Shown piece by piece: positions 13,301-26,329 of a stretch of DNA of 38,500 bases. The position numbers were made by a program, and so were the translations under genes. Source of the DNA: Welwitschia mirabilis (lineage: Eukaryota). The first letter of the stretch is position 1. Each line of letters starts with the position of its first letter. The notes beneath the pieces were generated by a model that was not told the DNA's origin, did not search any database, and worked only from the letters and a program-made list of their open reading frames with translations. The stretch is taken from the NCBI GenBank assembly GCA_051453625.1, contig JBOZIK010000001.1, positions 12,106,932 to 12,145,431 on the forward strand. Direction: 5' to 3'.

Positions 13301-13990
13301 TCTTAGATTTAGAAGTATAAAAATGCTTAACATTCAAAGCCATATCTTAAACTTTCTCTTTTACTACCTCTATAAAGATGACACATTTCAAAAGTTATAA
13401 TATCACTTGATAGTTAGTAATTTTGATAGACTTTTATCTTTAATTAAAAGTATTTTAGATTCATATTCCTTAGGAAAATATGTCATAATCATTTTTACTA
13501 TTTGGAAAGGAACTAGTTCTCCTAGACTTCATAAGACATTGAAAATGTTTGTATGCTTATTATTAAGCTCCATTAAGGTCTCATCATCTTGAATTCATAT
13601 CTATTTAAATTGAGACATTAACATTTGCTTCTTAGTCCTTTTAGTTTAACTTATACCTTCATATGTAATATGTAGGTAATCCCATATATCTTTGAATATT
13701 TCTAGATTATTAATCTTCTTGAAGTCATTAGGGTTAAGAGCACAGTAGAGAACATTCATGATCCTCCTATTCAACATTTCATTGTTTTCCTTAACATAAC
13801 TCCATTGTCTTCTTTCCTTAATAATCAAAACATCTATTCCATTCATGACTTTAGTTTTCCTTGAGGGTTCAAACCCTTCTATCATAATGGTCCAACAAGT
13901 AAAACTTAGTGTTTCTATGAATATTCTCATTTTTTAATTTTAAAACTTTTAGTTATTACTACTAAAGTATGATGGCTTGGGCATCTAATT
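10330..13990 (-). pseudogene. Copia gag-pol pseudogene
   Basis: gag: MRIFIE...IMNVLYCALNPNDFKKINNLEIFKDIWDYLHITYEG. Knuckle relic: CYAD*GFEHVVVEYP (~13110-13066). Protease: *YFDSSCPRNI...VTFGDK (~12110). Integrase C-terminus: YEIWKGKKSNVSNLEVFG...FLDYSKTKKAYRVFN. RT: KAKLVDKGYTQIKGINFNKTFALVVRM and YQTDVKSAFLNG. Confidence 0.9.
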
Positions 13991-14067
13991 TGTTGATTGT
14001 GCATACTCATTTAGCTAAAGAGCACATAGTAAGCAAAACTAAAGAGTACCAAATCTCTAATTTGACT

Positions 14068-14956
14068 TATTAGCACCATCTTTCCAAGAGAAGAGGGATG
14101 AATAGGAAATATATAGATAGGTTTTGGTTCTTTCAAATAATATTACCACACTTACTAAACTTTGAGTATTGAATAATAGTGAATTAAAATAAATAAGAAT
14201 TAAGAAACATAATGAATAAGAAAATAATCTGTTTTTCTCTACTATAAGTGCTTCAAAGCTCCACACTCCAAATGAGACTTTGTGATAGTCCTTCACTAAT
14301 ATAATGGAATATTATGATAATTCTTGACTTCAATATTACCATAATGCTAAGATCTAATTTTTAATAATATAATTAAAATAGTAATTAAAAAATAGAAGAT
14401 AGTAAGAAATAGAGATGACATTATTACAAATTTCTTATGTAGAAAAATAATAAGTATCATTGCAAATTGTTTATAATATGTAGTGCAATTATTTCTTGAT
14501 ATTTTTGAGAGCTTTATTAAAGACATAATCATTGGAATAAATGAAAATAGTTAGACTAATTCCTAACATTTATTTTAATGGCTAATTTAACTACTTGATA
14601 ACTATAACTAACTAGAAGCTAATAGCTTATCAATTGGCCTTCCTTATTTATATAGTCAACATTTTAAAAGGATCTATTATAAACCTAACTGTAGATAGTC
14701 TCTTATGTACCCTTAGCTAGTTGATTATCAATTTCATATACAAAGGACGTAGTCAATCTCTTGTCCTCTGTTAATCAACCCTTATCTACTTCTTTAACTT
14801 TTTTGCTGATATTCAATTATGCCACCTTGCATTTAGCTTGTCTTATTAGGTTGCATGATTTCCTACAATATCAATTTTGATTCATTTTAGGTTTGGTTTG
14901 TACTCAATCAACAACTAGAATATGCAACAAAATAAACTTCCTTAATTATATTATCA
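14068..14956 (-). repeat. 5' LTR of the minus-strand SIRE-like element
   Basis: Starts TGATAATAT at the junction with the chromovirus RT and ends with the SIRE-like terminal motif, followed by a decayed PBS ('agtcaaattagagat'). Boundaries are inferred. Confidence 0.5.
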
Positions 14957-17008
14957 TAAGTAGTAGGGATTCCAGTGGACCTAGCTAAGGTAGAAGCCAT
15001 TTTCACTTGGCCTACACCTAAAACTGTAACTAAAGTATATAGTTTTTTAGGACTAATAGGTTATTATTAAAGATTTTTAAAGCACTTATATAAAATATCT
15101 ACACTATAACACCCGTGTTCAATAAGGAAAATAAGTTTAAGTTGACAAATAAAAATGAAAATTTTTTTACTCTTAAAGAAGCCTCTTACTTCTCCTCCTT
15201 TATTAATCATGTTAGAATAAGATAGATCATTTTTTATACATATAGATGCATCTAGTGAGGAAATAAGTTATTTTGTATTATAACATAAAACATTTGTTAA
15301 TTATGAACTTAGAAAATTTAAGCCTTATGAAAAGAATTATCTTGCACTTAATCTGAAATTAATTGTAGTACTTCATGCACTTAAGATATAGTAATATTAT
15401 TTATATGATAAACAATATGATAAATAATTTAAAGCTTGGATTGATCATCAAAGTTTAAAGAATATTTCTGATCATTAGATTTAATCTTTAGTAGAGGAAA
15501 TTATTATAATTAGTTAACTATTATAGTTTCAAGATAAAGTATTATGAAGAAAAAGAAAATAAGATAGCTAATGTAATAATGAAAAGAAGATATGCAAAAT
15601 TCATGATTCTCATCTATAGTATGAATTTTCTTTAGAAAAATATGAGATTAAATTAAGTTACCTTAAAAAAATAATTTTAGTTTACTCTTAATAAGCTTCT
15701 AATATTTAAGGAAAAGTTATACATTTATGAAGGTGAAAAATTATTAGAAGAGATTCTAAGTGAAATCCATATCATGATGTATTAAAAACATCCTAGTAAT
15801 GTTAAGATTTATCATAATTTCTCTAAGTAGTTTTGGTGGTCTGGTTACAAGAAGAACATAGTCAATTACATTAATAAATGTCTTACATTTTAGTAAGTCA
15901 AGATAGACTATAAATTGAAAGGTGGAGAACTACAACCATATGATACCCCTACATGAAAATGGAATATTATTAGCATGGATTTTATTGTGAAATTATTAAA
16001 TACTAGAGTAAGACATGATGTTACTATGATAGTAGTGGATTGGTTAATAAAAGTAGCACATTTCCTAGCCACTACTAATAAGATCTTATTGGAAAAACTA
16101 CATATTTACATTTAAAGGAGTTTTTTTTTAATTTCATGGAGTGCCTTAAGATATTATCTCTAACTTGATTTCCCTTTTACTTCTAGAATTCGATAATATT
16201 ATAATAGTTATTGAGAACCAAGTTAAATTTAATCATAGCTTATTATCTTGAAAAAGATGTGTAAATAGAATGAATTAACTAGGCATTAGAATATTTCCTT
16301 TAAGTACTTGCATTGAATCATCCCAATAGTTAAGATGAAATGCTATATATTTTTGAATTTTCTTATAATAATAGTTACCATATTTGTATCCAAATGGCAC
16401 CTTGCGAGGCCTTATATGATGGAAGACATATAACTTCATCTTCATGCAATGAACTTGATGATAAGGTTTTCATCCATGTAAAAATAATCAAAAGAATGGA
16501 AAAGAACATAAAAAATAATAAAAAAAGATAAATAATAGAAATTAATAGATAAAATACATATGGAAATATATGTAAGAAATCCTTAGACTTTTAATTAGAT
16601 GGCCATGTTTACCTTAATGTTTTGCCTATGAAAACGTATTTAGTGATGTAAAAATATCCAAACTAGCACCTAAGTACATAGGACCATTTTATATTTTAAT
16701 ACAAAAAGGTCTACTAACCTATGAGTTACCTCTTCCTACTAAATTATAACATTTACATAACTTTTTTCATGTGTCCATGCCTAGGAAGTAGGTATTCAAT
16801 CTAATAGATGTTTTAAATTAGAGTAACTTATATGTATTAGAAGAACATACTATCTAGCAGTACCAATAGAAATTTTGAAAAGGAAAATAAAAATCCTATA
16901 GAATCAAAATATTCCACAAGTGAAGATTAAATTAAAGAACCATAGGCCCAAGAAAGCTACCTAGGAATTAGAGAAGAAAATTAAAAATAAAGACCTTATC
17001 TATTTTAG
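14957..17008 (+). pseudogene. Tekay/Del-type chromovirus pol: end of RT, RNase H, integrase and chromodomain-like tail
   Basis: IPVDLAKVEAIFTWPTPKTVTKVYSFLGLIGYY; IDASSE; RKFKPYEKNY; IDHQSLK; KWNIISMDFIVKL...VVDWLIKVAHFL; EFSYNNSYH..IQMAPCEALY; KLAPKYIGPF...HNFFHVSM; PIEILKRKIK...IPQVKIKLKNHRPKKAT*ELE. Confidence 0.9.
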
Positions 17009-17962
17009 CACTTCATTTCTAAGAAAAAATATCCTAGTAAAAATATATTATTATAATTTAAACTTTTCAAGTTTTGATTAAATTACTATCAGAATATTAA
17101 TTATGATTTTTACAAATGATGATCTAGATAGCTATATCTCAGTATGTTTTTATAAAATGATGATATATAATAGTTTTGAACATAGAATGGTTTTTGAAAT
17201 GCTAATAGAGATAGCTATACATTTTTTTTAATGTTATTATATGATTATGATATTAAATTAATTCTTTAACTATGTGAGTTAAAATGTTTTCCTTATCTCT
17301 ATAGACATATATTAGTTATATATATTATGATTCACTAAAGTGAATGAATGGTATACCAAAGCATGTATTATACTTATTCCTAGCATTTATAAAAAACATA
17401 TGAAGCCATGAAATCTAATATCACATGATGAGAGTCATGTTTCTCAAGTAGGAAAATATCCTAAGTAATATTTCATTTAAAAACATCTATGATTGATTCA
17501 TATATGAAGAATTAAAGTTTATATACAAATATGTCATTATAATTAGGAAAATTTTCATCCTTACCCTAAAAAGTTTAAAGGCAATTTTCATATACAAAAA
17601 TAATATTAGTATATGTCTTAGATATTTTATTATCTTTCTCATTATAATTTGAATTACATTATTAGATGACATGTAATTAATAACAATTATTAAAAATTAG
17701 TCATACCTCTTTGCACCACTCTTATTACATGAGAGGCTAGAATCAGACATACTCAAAATCCAAGTAATCATCACAAATTTGATGCATGTGTTATCTTAAG
17801 AATAGAATATAAAATAATGCAGAGTTAAAGAACAAGAAAAGGAGATTTCTAACTTAGAAAATGGCCCTAACTAGAAATTTATTCACTCAGTATTCTTTTT
17901 CTAGCTTATTATCCTACCTATGTACATAGTTCTTTAAGCAAATGTTACTTCTAGGGATATCT

Positions 17963-19706
17963 TATTAATCTACCTAATTTTTAATGTACTAAACTTATTA
18001 AATTTAGTGTTGTATATGTGTAAGGATCATGGAGATGAAAAAATAAACTAAATTTTTTGAAGACATTTATAAAGTTCAAAGATTTATATAACATGTAAAG
18101 ACATATACAAATATTACAGACATCTACAACATGTGAACACGTCCATGAGAATTGAAGACATATATAGGACATCAAGTAAGATTTTTAAGTTAAATGTTTA
18201 AACTAATGTCTCTTCTAAAGTGTTATGCTTCAAAATATTATAATGAAGATGTCTATACAAGGTGATGATGTCTACCATACTTTTAGATATCTATAGAAGA
18301 AGATACATTTTTAGTGAATTAAAGTAAAAATAATAGAATATGTCTATAGTTTTTGAAGACATCTACATACTTTGAACATGTTCAAAATAGTGAATACATC
18401 TTTATTGATTTATAGGAATCTAATAGAGGACATCTACTAGGAAAGAAGATGTCTCAGCTAAAATGAAAAGGTGATATAGACTTACTATAGGTTAAAGATA
18501 TCTACATAAATCAAAGATGCCTATAGTACTTTAATACATCTACTAAGATTAAATATTTCTATATTAAACTAAAAAGTAATGATAAATGAGTTATAGATTA
18601 AAGATTTCTATACTTGATAAATATATCTACTACCCTTAAAGATATCTATATTTTTTTAAGACATTTATAACACATTAAAAGTGAGAAACAAGATATTTTT
18701 TAAAGGGAGAATACCTAGCATTGGCATGCCATCCTTTATGAAAATCCTAAAAAAGCAGTCTCATAGAAAAGAAAAACCAAAATCCTAAATTAGAATATCC
18801 CTTCTAATAAATTTTGTGAACAAAAAGAAGATATTTTTAAGAATTGATTTTTAAGGCTTAGATCTTTGGAAAAAAATAATAACGAGACTTAGATGATGAA
18901 TTTAAAGAAATATTAGCAACAAGATCACATTATTATATAAGGAATTCAAAAATAGAAAATCTTCATCACCCTTGAAGGAGAAAGCCTACTACCAATGTGT
19001 TGTAAAGAGAAGAAAAAACAAGTTGAACAACAAATCATTCTATTTCTTCTTTCTTTAAATAAAAAAGTCTTTTGTATTAAATCTTATTTATTTATTATTA
19101 TTACCTTTACTTGCTTCTTGAGTTTGTAATCTACTAATCTTGCTGATGTAAACTTAATTATTTTATAATTTCTTTCATTTCATATTTTATCATTCTTATT
19201 CTTTAGTCCTTTTAAGGCCTTTGTATTATTGGTTTCTTGTTTTAAATTCAAAGTTTTGCAATATCTGATGTGGTACTAAAAGTATGCTCTTGAGAGACAC
19301 TTTTATTATAAGGGTAGTAATAAGTCTAAAACCATAGTGAAACCCTAAGGGATTAAGTTAACTACCTTGTGAGAAGCAACTTCTTTGCAGTGAGTAATGT
19401 GAGGTTATTGGTGATATTAGAATCATAATAGAACCCTAAGGGATTGAATTGAATATCTTGTAAGAAAAAAATAATTTAACAAGCCTTGTATGATTGGTGA
19501 TATGTCATGAACCATGCCTTTGAGTTAAATAAGAAGTGCATAACTTTTGACCCTCTAAGTGTAAAACACCTAGGTTAGGAAGCCATATAAATATGGTAAA
19601 AGTTTCATTCATGCTATCATTTTTTTCTTTATCAATAGTAATTTTTATAGTCAAAATTTTTATTGAAAACTAATTCATCCTTTTCCTCCGAGTTTAATGA
19701 TCTGTA
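17963..19706 (+). repeat. 5' LTR (about 1.74 kb)
   Basis: Start 'tattaatctacc' matches the 3' LTR start 'tattaacctata'. It ends after the SIRE-type 'aattcatccttttcctcc' motif, 2 nt before the PBS. Confidence 0.8.
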
Positions 19707-19708
19707 AG

Positions 19709-19719
19709 TGGTATCAGAG
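19709..19719 (+). promoter_or_regulatory. Primer binding site complementary to initiator tRNA-Met
   Basis: TGGTATCAGAG lies directly after the LTR end. Confidence 0.9.
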
Positions 19720-19767
19720 TAGGTACTCATGAAAGGCTTAGATACCCTTAAGTAAACAATATTAAAA

Positions 19768-22700
19768 GGATCATTAACCACTAAACCTTCACTCTTTAAT
19801 GGAATATATAATACCTCTAATAAGATAAATATTCAAGTTTATTTACAGACTCTTAATTTTAAAGCATGGTAGGCATTAAAGATGATGTAAAAAATCCATT
19901 GAGACTATCATATATGCTACTAGAGTGTGTGTTACTAGACCAAAAATAAGAAAACCTAAATAGTTATAAAGTACAGTGCTTACATCTATGGTGCTAGGGC
20001 AAAGAACTCTTTATATTATGATCTTTTATATAAGGAATTTAATAGAGTTTTTAAATATAACAACACAAAAGAAGAATGAAATGGCTATTAAGAAATCTAA
20101 TCTACCAATGCTACCAAGTAAATTTTAGGATCTTGAGATGAATATTTAATACATGTAAATAATATTATTTTCTAGTTTTATCATATAGGATGATACTATA
20201 ATAATTATTTACCATTATGCATTAGTAAATGTTACTACACTAATCATGGCTACAATCCAAATAAATGGGTTTTGAAATACTATGTGGGTAAACTAAAGGA
20301 AGAAGTGGGTTTTAAAGCACTATAAAAATTCTCGTCTTGCTTAGATACACTTCGGTTGTAAAAAATAACATTTAGTATGTAAATAGTAAATGCTTTAGAA
20401 ACATGACTAAAGAATAAACAATATTTAATACCTTACTTAAATAAAACCATGAAGTGACATATTTTAGAGATAATACTACGACATTAATCAGAGACATAGG
20501 GATGTTAGGAGTTGGAAATCTACTTGAGGTAAAGAATGTTTTTTATGTATATGGATTACAACATAATTTGCTAAGTGTGAGTCAACTATATAATCCAAAT
20601 TTCAATATCACATCTTTAAAGGATATTCGTATTATAAAAACATTATATCTATGATAAAATCTTATTTACTAGTTAGATGTAAAAAAAATGTATTAATTAC
20701 TCCTCTTAATAATATGACTAACAAAACTATAAAGTGTTTTATTAGCACTATAAGTGATGTAAAAACTTAACACATGAAGCTTAGATATGTAAAATTGAAA
20801 CTGATGTAGACATTATCAACCAAGTAACTACTTAGAAAACTTTTCAAGTTTAAATGCTTTAACAAATAAGTTTGTGATGCTTACTAAAAATAAAAGTAGG
20901 TAAGGGCAATATTTGGTAAGCAAACTTCAATATCTACTTTTTCTTCATTAGATAAGTTACATTTATATGAGCCTTTGCAAATAGAAAGTACTAGGAAAAA
21001 AATATTTATCTTATTATATTAATTATTTCTCTCAATCTAAATGGGTATTCCCCCTTACCCATAAGGATAAGGTATTTTACTATTTTTCTAACCTATATAT
21101 TAGACTATAGAATAAGAATGAATATTCATGTTAACATCATAAAAAGGAATAATGAAGTAGAATTCAAGAATGCACACTTTATGAAGTTCTATAAGCAAAA
21201 TAAAATTGGCCATCAATTCTCTACTTCAAGAATATTACAATGAAATAGGTAGCCAATTGTAAGAACAAATACATAAATGAAATGAAAATGATAATTCTAC
21301 ATGATTAATATGTATCATATCACTTTTGGGTTAAAGATGTAAATAGTACATGCTACATGTTAAATTGAATATTGGTAAGACCATTTATAAATAAAACTGC
21401 TTATGAGCTAGGATATGGCAAAAACCCTCTATGAATTACTTCATGGTTTTGGTTCAAAATGTTTTATTCTAAATAAAAAAATCAGTTAAAATACTTTGAT
21501 TCTAATTCTAATAAAGATATATTTCTTGATTACGTTATAGTTAGAAAGACATATAGATATTTAAAAAATAAACTCTAATCATAAAGGAAATCATCAATGT
21601 AATAATTAATGATTTTCATATGTAAAATCCTTTGCATGTGTAGGATGATGAATAAAAGGGAGGACAAAATCAATGATACCTAGAGTTGAAAAAATCTTAT
21701 TCTAAAAGTATAAGTGATTGTAAAGACATGTAGAGCTTCACAAAGGTCTCAAAGAAAGAGTAGATTAGAAAAGGCACATTTACTAAGATGATAAAGTTTG
21801 GATGCTAGTTATGGAAGAGGAAAAAAATCAATTTCAAAGATGTAATGTGTGAAGCTATCATAGAAATAAAATGGGTACTAAAAATAATAGAGATAAAAAT
21901 AAAAATATAATAAGAGAAACAAAGCATATCTTATTATCAAACAATATAATCAATAAAAGGGAATTAACTTTAAAGAAACCTTTACATCTAGATTTAATAT
22001 GGAACCAATTAAAATGCTAATGACATTTGCATGATATAAAGCATTGGCTCTATATCAAATTAAAATTAAGAGTGCCTTTCTAAATAAATTCATTTAAAAA
22101 TATTTATATTTCAAATGACCTAAATGTTTCATTGATTTACATAAGATTAATTATGTTTAGATGTTAAAAAGATCTCTTTATGAATTAAAGAAAACACCTA
22201 ATCATGGTTTAAAAAAAAAATTAAACATCTCATTGACAATAAGATTAATAGAGGTAGATTAGATGTGATATTATTTTTAAAAGATATCAATAATGATTTA
22301 ATAGCTCCTCAAATATACATAGATGATATTATTTTTAGTGTCAGTAATAATTCTTTGTAAACGAAGTTTACTAAATTGGTAAAAGATGAGTTTGAAATGA
22401 GCATGATTAGTGAAATAAAATACTTCATTGGATTTGAAGTTACATAATGCAAGGAAAGTGTACTTGTCTTTTAACCACAACATACTAAAATCTATTAATT
22501 AAGTACAAGCTATAAGTTATGAAGCCTAATGTAACTTCTATGAATTCAGCTATCATACTACATAAGGACAAACTTGATAATAAAGTGAATGAAAATTCTT
22601 ATAGAGGTATAATAGAAAGTTTATTTTACTGTCTTTAAAATTCAACATGATACTTAGTATAAATATTTGTTCCTATAGCAAAGTGATCCCAAGAATCACA

Positions 22701-23199
22701 CTTAAATTTTATCAATAGATTTTTCACTATTTGAAGGCCTTGGTAACTAGAATCATTAGTGCTCTAGAAACTCTTTTCTTAATCTTGTTGGATATTATGA
22801 TGTAGATTAACCATGTTTTAAAGATGATAGAAGAAATTCAACTAGTTTTTACTACTTTTTAAGTTTATTCTTAGTGGCATGAAGTAATAAGGAGAAAAAA
22901 ATCCCAAACACTATCAACTATAAATGCTAAATACATTACTTCTAAAAGTTATTATGCATAGGTGTTGTGAATAAGATAGATGCTTAAGGACTTTAGTGTA
23001 ATTATGGAGTGCATTTTAGTATACTATGATAATAACAATGTCATTCACATTTTGAAGAATTCCATTCACCACTTAAGAGCTAGGCACATAGAGATCCACC
23101 ATCATTTCCTCCATAAGAGTGAATACAATGGAGATACTAGATTAGAGTATGTCAAAATAGATGACTAACTTGTTATCATTTTCACCAAACCTCTTAATG
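19768..23199 (+). pseudogene. Copia gag-pol pseudogene (gag internally shortened)
   Basis: gag: TKPSLFNG...RAKNSLYYDL.YKEFNRV. Protease: *YVNSKCFRKH; VFYVYGLQHNLLSVSQL. Integrase: NNEVEFKN; KTAYEL. RT: LYQIKIKSAFLN; QIYIDDIIF; EFEMSMISEIKYFIGF. RNase H: YYDNNNVIHILKNSIHHLRARHIEIHHHF...IFTKPL. Confidence 0.9.
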
Positions 23200-24530
23200 N
23201 NNNNNNNNNAGATTTAAAAAATTATTTTAATCCCTTTCCAATCAAGTAACTTTAGAGTTATATGTTTTTCTATCAACTCTAATGGTATTTAATAAAAATA
23301 TTTATATATTTGGAGTTTTTATGCATTATAAGTAGGCTATTCAAATTCATCATAGTTATTTTTAAAGTAGATTAAAAAAATTCCAATCATTATTTATGCT
23401 CTATACAGGCTACATTTCCTCCATAGAAATTCCAAAAAACTAGTACTAAAGTGATCTAAATTAGTTAATGCATAGATGTCATCATCACTGAAGAAGGATC
23501 TAAATACAATAATCAAGGGAGTTGAAAAAATTAGTTAAAACTTTCTAACAATTAATAAAAGGCAAGATAGCTAGTCAAAGAAAGAAAAATGGACATACTA
23601 TTTAGATAAAGAGTAGTGAAAAGCAAGAAAGTAAAAATAACATAGAATAAAAAGAGGAACATCCTCTTAGAGGGGTAACTTATGATTCAAAATGTGGATA
23701 AGATTCTCCACATGCACAATAATGCACCATCTAGAAGGAGACACAAAAATGATAAAGTAATCATTGAGTAAATTAAATGAATTTTTTAGAAGTACTTATT
23801 TAAAAAAATAAATAATTTAGAAACAAGATTAGTAGCCATAGGTGGAGTGATCACCATAGATTTCTCCACAACCAATGCATGTACAAGTAAGGACTTTTAA
23901 CTTTTCTCATGAGTAATGTCTAGTATATTTATTACATCCATCACTCTATAAGAATATTCCTAATTAATATAGAAATTAGCTCATGTGGAAAGCAAAAGGT
24001 AATATTCCCTAAGCTTTAGTTATCAGTAGAAGGCATCCTTATTTCATGGTACATATAAAGAGTCTTTTTTTCAGACAATATGATATGGATGATAGTGATA
24101 ACAATGATATATTGTATAGTACATCATCTAATTTAGATGCATCTCCACCAATTAGTATCTAATAATGTCCAAAAAATGGAAATAATGCAAATGTAAATAA
24201 ATAAGGAAATAAGGCTAATTGAGAGGAAAACAAGGATAAAGAAATTAAATGAAGGAGTGAGCTTGGATTGAACATATATTTATATGATTTTATGGCTATA
24301 ACACTTTAGAGACATTTCATATATCATGTCATTACATTATGTTATTTTTTTACATTGAGCATCATCATTATTTTGTATTTGTCTTTTGTGAAAATCAAGT
24401 GTTATTTTTACCAATGCATTTTTTTGAAAGAAAATGTTCTTACTATTGAACTTATTATATGATCTCATTAAATTTTATTTCTTGAAAATTTATTTTAACA
24501 CAGTCTTTCTTATCAAGGCTTTATAATGTA

Positions 24531-24635
24531 AATTTTTTAATGTAAGTTCAATTTTTAATGATTGAGTAAGAATAAATTCTTCAATTTTTTAATGTAAGTT
24601 TAATTTTCTAATGATTGAGTAAGAATAAATACTTC
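24531..24635 (+). repeat. Tandem duplication, two copies of about 52 bp
   Basis: 'aattttttaatgtaagtt(c/t)aatttt(-/c)taatgattgagtaagaataaat(t/a)cttc' occurs at 24531 and 24583. Confidence 0.9.
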
Positions 24636-24669
24636 TAATAGATTTACTAAGTTTTAAACATCATCAAAC

Positions 24670-24729
24670 AAGATGGGATAGGATTAAAGGTAAGGGTTAA
24701 AGGGAAGGAAAAGTAAAGGAGAGGCATAT
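24670..24729 (+). promoter_or_regulatory. Extended polypurine tract region upstream of the 3' LTR
   Basis: 'aagatgggataggattaaaggtaagggttaaagggaaggaaaagtaaaggagaggcatat' abuts the LTR. Confidence 0.65.
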
Positions 24730-25420
24730 TATTAACCTATATAGTTTTGATGTCTTAAACTTGTCAAATTCTACGTTGTATGTATATAAGTATTATGAAG
24801 ATTAAAAAACTAACTAAGTATTTTAAAGATGTTTACAAAATTAATAGATGTCTACAACATGTGAAGACATCAACAATATCTAAAAACATCCACAAGAATT
24901 AAAAACATTTATAGAACATTAAGTAATTTTTTAAGTTAATTTTTTAAACTAATGTCTTATCCAAAGTGCTATGTTTTATGAGCTTATAGAGAAGATATCT
25001 ATCAAACTTATAGACATCTATAGGATAAAATATGTTTATAGTAAGTCAAAGAGAAAATGATAGAATACATCTATAGTTTTTAAAGATGTCTACATACTTT
25101 GAAGACATCTGTAGATAGTGAATACCTCTTGACCAATTTTTAATAACTTAATAAGATACATCTACTAGGAAATAAGACACATCAATTAAAATATAAATGT
25201 AACAAAAATGAACTATATTTTGAAGATATCTACATAAAATCAAGATGTATATAGTACTTAAATAAATCTACCAAGATTAAAAACATCTACACTAACCTAA
25301 AAAAGTGATTAAAGATGAGTTATAGATTGAAGACTTCTATACTAGGTGAAGATGTCTACTACCCTTAAAGACTTCTACATTTTTTGAAGAGATATAAAAT
25401 GCATGAAAATGAAAAATAAA
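24730..25420 (+). repeat. 3' LTR, truncated
   Basis: Collinear with 17963-~18690; shared blocks include 'tctacaacatgtgaa', 'aaactaatgtct', 'catctactaggaaa' and 'atgagttatagatt'. Similarity is lost near 25420. Confidence 0.85.
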
Positions 25421-25711
25421 ATAGGATAACTTTTAAAGATTTTACTTATAAAAAATTTTAGTTGATAGAAAATAAAATTTGTAAGTATGAGATCCTAGGA
25501 TCATCTAAAACTACCTAATCTTCATACCAATGGTCTCATAGTTAAATGATATCATCATAATAAAAAATAGTAATGTTATGTATGTATAACTCTACAGAGG
25601 AGAATTTTTATTAGACTCTAGTTGACATCATGTTCTTAATGATTTAATCTAATAGCCGTATAAGGACTAGAATATCAAGATTAATTATCCATAAAAAAGG
25701 TGTGGGATTTT

Positions 25712-25810
25712 GGGTAAATTACAAAAATAGCCAAGTTTTACCTAAAATGATATAAATTAAGCTATTTATAGAATAGGAAAATATAGCAAAGGGTGTCTTT
25801 TATTATTTCG
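25712..25810. mobile_element. Possible Mutator-like (MULE) terminal inverted repeat
   Basis: 'gggtaaattacaaaaatagccaagtttt' resembles typical MULE termini. The partner near 28290-28380 is weak and no TSD is visible. Confidence 0.3.
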
Positions 25811-26329
25811 ATTCAAAATCAACTACAAAAATTTACCAAAAAAAAACCTTAAAAAACGATTTTGAAAATGATAAAAACTAGTAAAACTTATTTTTTTCTT
25901 CTAAAGTATATGAAAAACACTTCTTAGAAGAAATGAAACAACCATTATAGTGGTGAAATCATGAAAGTTATTAAGTGATGAAAATAGTAGAAAGTTATAG
26001 ATTTTAGAAATAATAGATTGATTAATATGAACAATTCTTTTCCCTCTCTTGAACCTCAAAATAGTAGTCCATCCAATGCCAATATAATATCAAGCCTTTT
26101 TTAAAACACTACTATTATAAATGTTTTAATCAAACAAGTCAAAAACATGAGTTTTTTTCCATGCATTATTTTTCTATAATAAATTGACAACATGCAAATA
26201 ACTTAACTTATGATTATAATTCTAACTTAATCACAATATATTAGTTAAGGAAACATCAAAATTAAGAATAAAATCTAACATATGAAAATAAATACCAATG
26301 ATTTTTAAGCAGGTCATAATCAATAATTT

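Larger units (their letters stand above)
10330..14956 (-). mobile_element. SIRE/Maximus-like Ty1/copia element, degenerate and 3'-truncated within RT
   Basis: The order is LTR, degenerate PBS, gag, protease, integrase, RT (copia order). The LTR ends in the SIRE-type 'ctattcatccctcttctc...ggtgctaata'. Confidence 0.8.
17963..25420 (+). mobile_element. SIRE/Maximus-like Ty1/copia element with both LTRs (3' LTR truncated), degenerate
   Basis: Has a 5' LTR, a tRNA-Met PBS, gag-pol in copia order, a ~1.5-kb post-pol region and a purine tract. The 3' LTR aligns by eye with the first ~720 bp of the 5' LTR. Confidence 0.9.
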
